Assembly (NCBI GenBank): GCA_045657385.1
Contig: JAZOSY010000059.1
Coordinates: 1 to 41,104, forward strand
DNA: 41,104 nt
Direction of reading: 5' to 3'
Source of the DNA: Faecousia sp.
Lineage (GTDB): Bacteria > Bacillota > Clostridia > Oscillospirales > Oscillospiraceae
Every line of letters begins with the position of its first letter. Position 1 is the stretch's first letter. The position numbers and the translations under genes were made by a program. This document shows positions 6,607 through 15,021 of this stretch, one piece after another. The notes under the pieces were generated by a model that was not told where the DNA came from, searched no databases, and saw only the letters and a list, made by a program, of their open reading frames with translations.

Positions 6607-7281
6607 ATGACAGAGGAAACAAAAACCGAAATTGCAGGGAGCTTTTCTGCTACAACCGATAGTCAATTATCGCAAATTGACATTTTCCCTAAAGATCCGC
6701 TTTCAATTTATGCAAAATGTATAACTTGTCCGGACCTTGGTATTTCTTGCAAGGGAATTAACCTGACATTGCTGAAAACCATCGCCAATGCAAGGGAACA
6801 TCACCGGCGTTTGCGAAATGCCCGCAAGATAACCATGAAGCAGATCTTCGCACTGACCGAGAACGAGATCAGCAACGCATCCGTTAAAGATTACTTTTCA
6901 CACGAAGAAAAGGATTTTCGTTGGACTACCGTGGCGCTGATTGATAACGCTCTGACCGCCATCTGCGGCGCAGCAGTAGGCGTTATGCCTGAAGATGTAT
7001 CGCCGTGTCCCGCCACCGCTTCCGATATGCGAGAACAACAGTTAAAGTTCGCGAGCCAGCTCCAGGCAGCGGAAGAAAAGTGTCTAGGCCTGCAAACAAC
7101 TATAGCAGAAAACGAACGGATCCACGCGGAACGGCTGGCCGCCGCCCAGTCTTACCAGCAGGAACGGTTTGAGTGGCTCCGGGAAGATTTGAAACGCTGG
7201 CGCTGTGCCGCGTTTATTATGATCGGCATTACCGCCGCCGTCATCGCGGCGCTGATGGCCTATATTGTACTAGCGGGGTGA
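6607..7281 (+). CDS. Hypothetical protein: Cys motif, HTH-like region, coiled coil and C-terminal transmembrane helix
   Basis: GGGAGG RBS before ATG 6607; CITCPDLGISC; ITMKQIFAL..ISNASVKDYFS; hydrophobic C-terminus. Confidence 0.75.
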   Translation: MTEETKTEIAGSFSATTDSQLSQIDIFPKDPLSIYAKCITCPDLGISCKGINLTLLKTIANAREHHRRLRNARKITMKQIFALTENEISNASVKDYFSHEEKDFRWTTVALIDNALTAICGAAVGVMPEDVSPCPATASDMREQQLKFASQLQAAEEKCLGLQTTIAENERIHAERLAAAQSYQQERFEWLREDLKRWRCAAFIMIGITAAVIAALMAYIVLAG

Positions 7282-7285
7282 ATTT

Positions 7286-8056
7286 ATGTTCTGCACACAA
7301 TGCGGCCAAAAGCTTGAAGATACTTTCCATTTTTGTACGAACTGCGGAGCACCACAGCGAGTTATGCCACAGCCTGCAAGTTTTTCATATGTAAACACAG
7401 AGAATCAGCCTTTTAATTCTACAGCTGTAGTAGCACGCGGCCAGCAGGTATTATATTTTAAGCACGGCCAGCTTTATAAAATTGTTGGCGATCAGAACAA
7501 TTGGTACGATCCCGATTATGTTATTTATGACAGAAAAACATACAACATGAATTCCATCGCAGATATCACATCAATGCATATTCCTCATTTTGTTTTTGGG
7601 AATTGGATGGAGGGATACGGAATAACTGGTTCGCTCGATTACGTTGTGCGAATGAAGGCGGCCAACCTTCGGAACAAAGGTCTGATTGCAGAGTCTGACG
7701 AATGCTATAGGAAATCAATCGAACTAATGAGAAGTTCTGGAGTTCCATACGATATGACACCGTACCTTTATCTCGCCAAAGAGTTGCTTCGGGAAGGTCG
7801 GTTTGAAGAGTCAGAGAAAGAAGAAAACAAAATTTATGCAATTTTTCAGACAAACAGAGATAGGGTTAATGCCGATCCTAACGTAAGACCGTATATAACG
7901 AAAGAAGATAGGGAATATTATAGGATAAAATATATGCTGCCAAGTATCGCGCCAAAATCGATCAGCGGCTATACAAAAATGAAGCGTTCTCAATCACCTA
8001 ATTTCTTAAAGATTTATGAAGCCGCGAGCAAGGCTGGAATTTATATCGAATTATAA
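7286..8056 (+). CDS. Zinc-ribbon domain protein with TPR-like helices (lysogeny accessory)
   Basis: MFCTQCG...FCTNCG; AT-rich coding sequence. Confidence 0.8.
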   Translation: MFCTQCGQKLEDTFHFCTNCGAPQRVMPQPASFSYVNTENQPFNSTAVVARGQQVLYFKHGQLYKIVGDQNNWYDPDYVIYDRKTYNMNSIADITSMHIPHFVFGNWMEGYGITGSLDYVVRMKAANLRNKGLIAESDECYRKSIELMRSSGVPYDMTPYLYLAKELLREGRFEESEKEENKIYAIFQTNRDRVNADPNVRPYITKEDREYYRIKYMLPSIAPKSISGYTKMKRSQSPNFLKIYEAASKAGIYIEL

Positions 8057-8061
8057 AAAAT

Positions 8062-8092
8062 AACCCCTCCAGGCCGTAGCCTGAAGGGGTTT
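8062..8092. terminator. Hairpin/terminator upstream of integrase
   Basis: AACCCCTCCAGGC-CGTA-GCCTGAAGGGGTT preceded by an A-run. Confidence 0.55.
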
Positions 8093-8111
8093 CTAAAAAG
8101 GGGGTATTCTT

Positions 8112-9221
8112 TTGGAATGTATCAAGTGCAAATGCGTCCTTCCTGAAGGTGCTCTATTCTGCCACATATGCGGAAAGAAGCAAACGGCGGAGAAAAGAAA
8201 GCGCCGGAAACGTGCCAACGGATCCGGTTCTATCTACAAGCTCCAGGGAACACGCAAAAAGCCGTGGGCGGCTTCGCGTAACGGAATATTCCTCGGCTCT
8301 TTCGCAACGTATGCAGAAGCGCAAAAAGCGCTGGAGCGCACCACAGACGACGATATTACAGACCGCTATAATTTGACCTTTTCCCAAATCTATGAGCTGT
8401 GGCGCCCCGTCCACGCCCGTGAGGTCTCTAAATCACAAATGAGTTGCTATGCGACCGCATATAATCAATCGAAGATCCTGCACGACAGAAAGTTCCGGTC
8501 ATTGCGGAAATCCGACTTCGAGGCGGTTGTGTTGTCTTTGGAAGATGCGGGCAAATCCCGATCAACGTGCGAGAAAGTAAAGCAGCTATTTGGTCAGCTG
8601 GCAAAGTGGGCAATCGACGAAGGCATTGTAAATCAGAATCACTCCAAGCACGTCAAAACCACGGCAGAGCAGAAGACCGTCAAGCGGGCTTTTACCGACG
8701 AAGAACTGAAGCGGATACAAACCGCCAACAGCAGAGGCAAAGACGTTGCGCTGGTATTGATTGCCACCGGTGCACGGACAATCGAGTTGTTCAATGTTCC
8801 TCTTGCGGACTGTTACGACGACTACTTCATCGCCGGATCCAAAGCAAAAAAAGGTCAACCAGCAATCCGCCGTGTAATAGCAGTTGCAGACATCGGCAAG
8901 TCTGCATATACCAAACTCCTGCATGAGGCCAGGAAATCCGGCGGAAGGCGTCTGATCGATGGATACGACGGAAACCGGGACTCCGACAATTACCGCAAGC
9001 GCGACTTTGCAGAACTGATGGAAGAAATCGGCTGCGTAGATATGACTCCATACAATTGCCGCCACACGTTCTCCACGCGGGCTGTGAAGGCTGGCGTAAC
9101 GCCGCAAGTCCTCAGCCGAATGATGGGCCACACCGATATTAAAACCGCCGACAAACACTACACGCACCTTGATACCGACGACATCCTGAAAGAAATAGCA
9201 AAAATAACCGCCACCGCATAG
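8112..9221 (+). CDS. int: Tyrosine recombinase/integrase with N-terminal zinc ribbon
   Basis: TGAR..EL, Y..RHT, MGHT and HY catalytic motifs; adjacent attP. Confidence 0.95.
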   Translation: MECIKCKCVLPEGALFCHICGKKQTAEKRKRRKRANGSGSIYKLQGTRKKPWAASRNGIFLGSFATYAEAQKALERTTDDDITDRYNLTFSQIYELWRPVHAREVSKSQMSCYATAYNQSKILHDRKFRSLRKSDFEAVVLSLEDAGKSRSTCEKVKQLFGQLAKWAIDEGIVNQNHSKHVKTTAEQKTVKRAFTDEELKRIQTANSRGKDVALVLIATGARTIELFNVPLADCYDDYFIAGSKAKKGQPAIRRVIAVADIGKSAYTKLLHEARKSGGRRLIDGYDGNRDSDNYRKRDFAELMEEIGCVDMTPYNCRHTFSTRAVKAGVTPQVLSRMMGHTDIKTADKHYTHLDTDDILKEIAKITATA

Positions 9222-9310
9222 CTTGTTTGATTGTCTTGCGGTTGCTAACAAATTACAAACTCGGTCATTTTTGATATTTCAAATTGCGCTAAAAAGTTAC
9301 GAAAACAAAG

Positions 9311-9349
9311 AAAAAGCCACCGAAAACGCTTGTTTTTCGGTGGCTTTTT
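9311..9349. terminator. Bidirectional terminator abutting the attP tRNA fragment
   Basis: AAAAAGCCACCGAAAA-CGCTTGT-TTTTCGGTGGCTTTTT. Confidence 0.85.
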
Positions 9350-9397
9350 GGTGACTCGCCGGAGATTCGAACTCCGGACCCACTGCTTAAAAGGCAG
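9349..9397 (-). other. attP core: 3' half of tRNA-Lys(TTT)
   Basis: Reverse complement CTGCCTTTTAAGCAGTGGGTCCGGAGTTCGAATCTCCGGCGAGTCACCA gives anticodon arm, T arm and CCA, with no 5' half. CTAACAA arm-type repeats at 9245, 9509 and 9520. Confidence 0.88.
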
Positions 9398-9550
9398 TTT
9401 TATTAACTTTTTTAGTGTATTTTGTTGCGTTTTATGTTGTTTTATTGCCATTTTATAAACTTATCGCAATTTAATAAAAGATAATAAAACATACACGATT
9501 CGCAATAACTAACAAATCACTAACAAGGTCTGAGGGCGCTGTGCAGATAA

Positions 9551-9590
9551 AGAAACGCCCCTTCCGGTTTATACCGGGAGGGGCTGTTCT
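9551..9590 (-). terminator. Late operon terminator
   Basis: GCCCCTTCCGG-TTTATA-CCGGGAGGGGC hairpin downstream of the lysis genes. Confidence 0.6.
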
Positions 9591-9609
9591 TACTTACCAG
9601 TGGCGCTCT

Positions 9610-9786
9610 TTATTCCCTGGCTTTTTGTGTGCCGAAGTAGAACGAGACAACCATAGAGATGATGATCATGGCGTTGTCGGCGCTGATCTTGCCGGTCAGA
9701 GCTAGTGTCACAAACACTGCCATCACGGCAAAGGTGATCAGGGTCTTGACCTTGATCAGGTTGGCCAGGTTTTTCATAATTTCCAT
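9610..9786 (-). CDS. Small two-TM holin-like protein (58 aa; not in ORF track)
   Basis: AAGGAGG RBS; MEIMKNLANLIKVKTLITFAVMAVFV...IISMVVSFYFGTQKARE; possible dual start at M1/M4. Confidence 0.75.
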   Translation of the reverse strand: MEIMKNLANLIKVKTLITFAVMAVFVTLALTGKISADNAMIIISMVVSFYFGTQKARE

Positions 9787-9799
9787 TGTATGTACCTCC

Positions 9800-10066
9800 T
9801 TAATTTGTAGGTCCTTTGTGATACTGTTCCAAAATGCCGACGCGGCGCCTCAGGTCATCAACCTGGGACTGCATGACCGGCATCTTCTGAGCAAAGCCGT
9901 TATGCTCACGGACTTCTCGGGTCAGCTCGTCCAGTTTTGTGTCTGTGACGGCCTGCGCCACGGCAGCAGCTTTTTCCGTCTTCTTTGCCGTAGCCAGGCA
10001 AGTGATGACTACACCTGCAAGAGACAAGCCGCCGGTGATGATGGCGACAACAATCGATTCGCTCAT
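9800..10066 (-). CDS. Lysis-module membrane protein (TM plus coiled coil; holin-like)
   Basis: N-terminal hydrophobic helix IVVAIITGGLSLAGVVIT; LTREVREHNGFA. Confidence 0.7.
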   Translation of the reverse strand: MSESIVVAIITGGLSLAGVVITCLATAKKTEKAAAVAQAVTDTKLDELTREVREHNGFAQKMPVMQSQVDDLRRRVGILEQYHKGPTN

Positions 10067-10719
10067 TACGGCCCCTCCTTGATGTACGCATCCGCAAAGC
10101 CAGCCGCCTTGAGCTTCTTCAGCATAGCTTCAGCATTTGCCTTTTCCCGGTAAGCACCGACCTGGCAACGATACCAAATCTTCGGTTTTTCCTCCAGGCC
10201 CAGGTACTCGGCGGCGGCCTTGGCATAGGCGATGCCCAGCTTCTTCAATTCGTGATCCTCGTTCCAATCCTGGATATCCTTGAGGTTGTCCACAAAAGCG
10301 CCCTCGAGGAGAATAGCGGGCATCTCGGTGCGGTACAGCACGGCCAGGTTGGTGCGAATCTTCACGCCGGGAGCCACAGAGCTGTAGCGCAGGTTCTGAC
10401 CGGCAGCAGCCACGTGCTTGGCGAAGATCTTGCCCAGGTCAACGGTCTTATCGGAATAGACGTAAGCCTCGAAGCCATCGCCACCGGCAGCATTGAAATG
10501 GGGGGCTACGTACAGAGCCGCGCCCAACTCGTTTGCCTCGTCGCACAGAGCATAGAGGCTGTCGCCGGATTTGACCACAGTTCTGCACTTATAGTTTTCC
10601 AGCAGGTACTCGTTCATGTGCTTGGAGACGATTACGTTCTGATCACGCTCGACCACATAACCAACTGCGCCAGGATCTTTTTCAGAATGGCCGGGGTTTA
10701 TAAAAATCAGTTCTTCCAT
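10066..10719 (-). CDS. Endolysin: N-acetylmuramoyl-L-alanine amidase (Amidase_3) with SPOR domain
   Basis: INPGH...E...HFNA...LLEGAFVD; C-terminal YRCQVGAYREKANAE. Confidence 0.93.
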   Translation of the reverse strand: MEELIFINPGHSEKDPGAVGYVVERDQNVIVSKHMNEYLLENYKCRTVVKSGDSLYALCDEANELGAALYVAPHFNAAGGDGFEAYVYSDKTVDLGKIFAKHVAAAGQNLRYSSVAPGVKIRTNLAVLYRTEMPAILLEGAFVDNLKDIQDWNEDHELKKLGIAYAKAAAEYLGLEEKPKIWYRCQVGAYREKANAEAMLKKLKAAGFADAYIKEGP

Positions 10720-10768
10720 AGGTTATTCCTCCTTTGAGTAGCACCACCCCGAAGGGCGGTGCTTTTAT

Positions 10769-12745
10769 TTAGGTAACTTCCGTTGCGGTGATTGTGCCGC
10801 TGTCGTCAATGGTCAGCTTGAATTTCTTCGTGCTTCCCTCGGTGGAAGAACGGATAACCACGCCGTCCACGGAGTCGGGAAAAAATTCTTCGGGCAGTTT
10901 GTTGGGAGTAGCGACAGGGCCTGTGATTTTCAGCGGAACGGTTGTATTCACAATGCCATTATCTTTCTGATAGTCCAAAGTAATAATAAAACGTTGGAAT
11001 GGTTCTGCGAAATTTTGGGAGCTGATGATCGAATAAAGAAACGGCTCGCCAGTATCTTCAACACTAATGCCAAAATTAGGTAAATCGGTGTCGATAGATG
11101 TGTTACCCAACAAAATCACATTGGCTGCAGTACCGTTAACAGCAACATTTTCGTTGCGACCCACACAGGTATGGGTTTCACCGTTGAACACCACAGTATA
11201 GGTTTTGCCATTTACGATTTCAAGCAAAAAATGTGTAGTAGAGCCGGCCGAACCTGCAAAATCTATATCCCCGTCAAAGAGGGTCGTTTCCCTTTCACTC
11301 ATAATAGGCAACCAGTCCAAACTCAGGAACTTGTTGTCCAGCCTGTGAATGGTTTCGCCGTCTTGGTAGATGGAGATGGTACAGGTGGTTGCGCCACTCG
11401 CAAGCACAAGCATAGCGTAGTAGCCAGCTTCTTCAAGCACCTCCGGGGGATAGGCCATCACACAAAAAACCATACCCTCGCCGGCGAATATATCCGCTCC
11501 GTCGTTAAAAAGCCAAGTCATACCGGCGGCGTCCGGGCTTAAGGTGGCTCCGTCTACGGCAGTGCCTTGATACTCTGTTCCATCCACATTTACGGTGTAT
11601 CGTTCACCAATAGACAGGCTGATAGGCGTGGCGATGTCAAACATTCCGGGGTCATTTTCCGGGTCTGGTGCTGTCAGCGTGGTTTCGGGCAACACTTCCA
11701 CCTTACCGCCACCCTCGCTATACGGCACACCATCGGGCAGGAACTTGCCGGGGAGCTTGTGGATGATTTCGGCGGATTGGTAGACCGAAACGGTATAGGG
11801 ATATGTTAAATTGGTATAGAGTAACACATTATAGCCAAATGCTTGAGATTGCTCGGGCGACAAGTCAAGCGCAAGGAACGACATACCATTATCTTCGCCA
11901 CCCTGCAAACCGGGATTGCCAATGGCGGGTGCGGATATCATGCCGTTATCAAATTCAAATGCAACGCAAGTGTATTCCACGCCCGCTATCTTAACTGTGT
12001 AGGTGTTACCCGCCTCTAAACCCAAAGAGGGGATTTTGGGCACATCCGACGATCCAGCAATAGTGGTTTCAGCCAGCACTTCCACCATGCCCTGCTCCAC
12101 CCAATGTGTTCTGTTCAGCACATGACCGGGTGCGCCTTCGGGGGCGTTCAAATCGGCTTGTGCGCTCGTTTCCACTTGCACATTGCCATTTTCATCGGGT
12201 GCTACGCCGTTGACGGTAGCAACACCGCCAGCCTCACCCCTGTCGCCTTTAGGTCCCTGAGGGCCGGTTGCGCCTCGAGGACCTGCGGGGCCTCGTTCTC
12301 CCTTCAGCGAAGCCAGCCACTCCTCCTGGGTTCCCTCATATCCGCATTCGACCGCCACATCGTATGCGGTAGTCACCGAGGACATAAACTCTCTCATGCT
12401 GGCATCCAGGGCCTGCCAGGACATGACCTCTGTTTCTGTGTACACGTACTCGTTCGGCTTGGGACGCTTGGCAACAGAAAGCACGCAGGATCCAATGGTT
12501 TCCAACAGGTTTTCTTCCAAGTGTACCAAGTATACAAAAATCGGTTCACCACTTTGGAGGTACATATTGGGAATATCCGCCACGAGGATGCCGTTTTCGA
12601 TATAAGGACGCACCGGGAGCGCTTCCGTATCGTTGGCGTGGCAGTACTCCACTCGGTCTAATCGAACACCATCGGTCGGTGTGATCTTAATTTTTCGGCC
12701 CAGCTCCCACTGGTCCAGGCTGCTGCCTAGTACTTTAATTTCCAT
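10769..12745 (-). CDS. Tail fibre / receptor-binding protein (BppU-like N-terminus, collagen stretch, three repeated beta modules)
   Basis: GYEGTQEEWLASLKG followed by G-X-Y repeats; repeats ending IHKLPGKFL, IHRLDNKFL and NKLPEEFF; last tail gene. Confidence 0.8.
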   Translation of the reverse strand: MEIKVLGSSLDQWELGRKIKITPTDGVRLDRVEYCHANDTEALPVRPYIENGILVADIPNMYLQSGEPIFVYLVHLEENLLETIGSCVLSVAKRPKPNEYVYTETEVMSWQALDASMREFMSSVTTAYDVAVECGYEGTQEEWLASLKGERGPAGPRGATGPQGPKGDRGEAGGVATVNGVAPDENGNVQVETSAQADLNAPEGAPGHVLNRTHWVEQGMVEVLAETTIAGSSDVPKIPSLGLEAGNTYTVKIAGVEYTCVAFEFDNGMISAPAIGNPGLQGGEDNGMSFLALDLSPEQSQAFGYNVLLYTNLTYPYTVSVYQSAEIIHKLPGKFLPDGVPYSEGGGKVEVLPETTLTAPDPENDPGMFDIATPISLSIGERYTVNVDGTEYQGTAVDGATLSPDAAGMTWLFNDGADIFAGEGMVFCVMAYPPEVLEEAGYYAMLVLASGATTCTISIYQDGETIHRLDNKFLSLDWLPIMSERETTLFDGDIDFAGSAGSTTHFLLEIVNGKTYTVVFNGETHTCVGRNENVAVNGTAANVILLGNTSIDTDLPNFGISVEDTGEPFLYSIISSQNFAEPFQRFIITLDYQKDNGIVNTTVPLKITGPVATPNKLPEEFFPDSVDGVVIRSSTEGSTKKFKLTIDDSGTITATEVT

Positions 12746-12760
12746 TGGAATTTCTCCTTT

Positions 12761-15019
12761 TTAGAATTCTAACCACAGCTCGTTTCCGATGGCTTTGTTA
12801 TCTACGTCGTTATCTTCGTAGTATTGGTAGTCGTTGATTACATGGCTCCAGCCGCTGTCGCCAAACCAGCTGCCGACGACAATCTCCGCGCTGCCGCCGC
12901 TTCTGCGGTAAAAGCCGCCCAGGGTGATCACCTGCTCCGGATAGCTGTCCTGGGCGTCTGTGAATGCCACCCGGGCAACCAGGGCTTTGCCCTGGCTCAC
13001 CAGCGCGTCCATCAGCTGACCGGCGGTGTGGGTGGTGCAGATCAGGATGCCGGTGTCGTCACGGAAGGTTTCAAAGTCGGCGAAAAGAATATCGCCGGGG
13101 TCGCCCTTGTCGCCTTTCGGGCCCTGGGGGCCTTGAGGGCCTTGAGGGCCGGTTGGGCCCTGGGGGCCCACCAGGCAGATAGAGGGATAGCACATGGCGA
13201 TCTGCACCGAGTAATCGGCCTCATTGACGCTGTATATGTAACCCAGGTAGCCATCATTGAACAGGGCCAGGTCGTTTACCCGGGGCATGACCCCCTGGGG
13301 CAAAAGGAGCTTGGACACGCTGTACGTATCCACGGTGATGCCGAGGCCATAGGCATCCACCCGGTAGATGGATAAACCCCGGTCGCCCTGGGGGCCTTGC
13401 TCACCTTGCGGGCCTTGGGGGCCCTGGGGGCCAGTATCACCTTTATCGCCCTTATCGCCTTTTTCGCCCTGCAGGTCAGCAGAAGAAGTTCCGCTGGCGC
13501 TGGTAATAGTCAGGATCGTGCCGTTCCAGGAATGAGTAGCAGAAACACCGGCCGGGCCTTGTGGCCCGGCCGGACCGGGAGCGCCAATCATTCCATCCGG
13601 GTCTATCGTGAATCTGTTACCATCCTCATCCGTAAACTGCACGGGAACGTTAAAATTGAAGTCATTCTCTCCCCAATCAAATACGGGAATTCCACGCTCC
13701 AGTACCACCGTTTTCGTCTGCCTTTGCAGGCGGTCGGCAATCTCCATGTCAAACGTGTGGCTCTTGCGGTAGTCGTAGCCCGTCAGGCTGATCGTAACGG
13801 AGAAATTGTCCCCGGATATAATGGGCGTTAAAGAATACCAGCTTCCGTCACGCTGGCGGTAGCGAGCTGTCAGGGTGTTCTGCGTAGCACCTAATTTCCC
13901 GGGGAACCATGTGCCTCCCATTTGCAATTGCGCCGTTCCGTCTGTGGGGTTCAGCCGTTTGGCGGTCGCAGAGGCGGACACGTCTGTGTAGTTCACCAGC
14001 TGCAGATTGGGAACGGCATACTCGGTGGAATATCCGCGGCTGTCAACAGCAAGGAATACAATGCTGTCCGTACCGATTCCGGGAAAATCGATGTAACCGT
14101 TTTCTATCTTTTGGCTGTTGACCCACACACCGGTCAGGGTTGCGGATTTTTGCGCAGAGGCATTGGGAGTGCACCGGACGTTGGAATATCCACGGATAAA
14201 TATCTTGGAATTTCCGGTCAGGCCAACTGTGGCAGAATTGATATCAATAGCCGCGCCGGTCAGCACAGGGCTGCAGCGGTTAGGATCTGCAGTAACAGTA
14301 AACGTGGCGGTTTGCGGGTCACCGATCTGCGTGTTTCCGCTATAGGTCGTGCACGTCAGCGTGCAGACACTGGAAGGGCTGTTGGGAATTTGAGAATAAA
14401 AGCTCTCCGGTACGGGGAAAAGAATCGTTGTGTCTGTCAGCTTAACAGCTTCGACAGAAAGGCCACCAACAGCGTCAGCAATGTAGCCTTCCAGGCCGCC
14501 AAATTCATACGAAATAGTGTGAGTATATTCCGGATTCTTTCGATTGACCACAATGGTCGATGCATCTTCAATAAAGGCAGACGATGCCGCAATGGTGGAT
14601 GCCCGGCCGATAGATGTCAGCGGCATAGTGCCAGTGACGGTCAATTCAGGAGGCGTGTACTGTGTGCCGCCATTCCATGGGGTAACGGTGGCCGTGAAAG
14701 CCATAGCCAGCTCGCCGTTGCTGTTATGCTGGACAGTTGTCTCCCCTTCAACCATAACCCATGTGGAGTTGTAGTCCAGGTAATGTTCTCCGGTAACAGA
14801 AGTGACACGGGATCCGTTCAGAATCAGCGCTGCGGTCAGCTCCCAATCGAACCGGTTGCTATCACCGCTACGCAGCTGGATCTTATAGGATACCAGCGAT
14901 GTATTGGCGGCCTGATCTATGGATTCTTCTGTTAGGATCAGGTCGAGGATATAGCCGTTGGAGTTTCCGTTGTAACGGTCAAAACTACCAACGGAAAAAG
15001 TCTTGGTTTGTAACGCCAC
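12761..15019 (-). CDS. Minor tail protein (DUF859-like) with collagen-like repeats
   Basis: GTG 15019 after GGAGG; beta-rich LTSIGRAST...AVDSRG; three G-X-Y blocks. Confidence 0.8.
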   Translation of the reverse strand: MALQTKTFSVGSFDRYNGNSNGYILDLILTEESIDQAANTSLVSYKIQLRSGDSNRFDWELTAALILNGSRVTSVTGEHYLDYNSTWVMVEGETTVQHNSNGELAMAFTATVTPWNGGTQYTPPELTVTGTMPLTSIGRASTIAASSAFIEDASTIVVNRKNPEYTHTISYEFGGLEGYIADAVGGLSVEAVKLTDTTILFPVPESFYSQIPNSPSSVCTLTCTTYSGNTQIGDPQTATFTVTADPNRCSPVLTGAAIDINSATVGLTGNSKIFIRGYSNVRCTPNASAQKSATLTGVWVNSQKIENGYIDFPGIGTDSIVFLAVDSRGYSTEYAVPNLQLVNYTDVSASATAKRLNPTDGTAQLQMGGTWFPGKLGATQNTLTARYRQRDGSWYSLTPIISGDNFSVTISLTGYDYRKSHTFDMEIADRLQRQTKTVVLERGIPVFDWGENDFNFNVPVQFTDEDGNRFTIDPDGMIGAPGPAGPQGPAGVSATHSWNGTILTITSASGTSSADLQGEKGDKGDKGDTGPQGPQGPQGEQGPQGDRGLSIYRVDAYGLGITVDTYSVSKLLLPQGVMPRVNDLALFNDGYLGYIYSVNEADYSVQIAMCYPSICLVGPQGPTGPQGPQGPQGPKGDKGDPGDILFADFETFRDDTGILICTTHTAGQLMDALVSQGKALVARVAFTDAQDSYPEQVITLGGFYRRSGGSAEIVVGSWFGDSGWSHVINDYQYYEDNDVDNKAIGNELWLEF

Positions 15020-15021
15020 GT

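Noticed and set aside
9349..9397. Third functional tRNA gene (Lys)
   Set aside because: The 5' acceptor strand and D arm are missing; its position next to int identifies it as the attP core.
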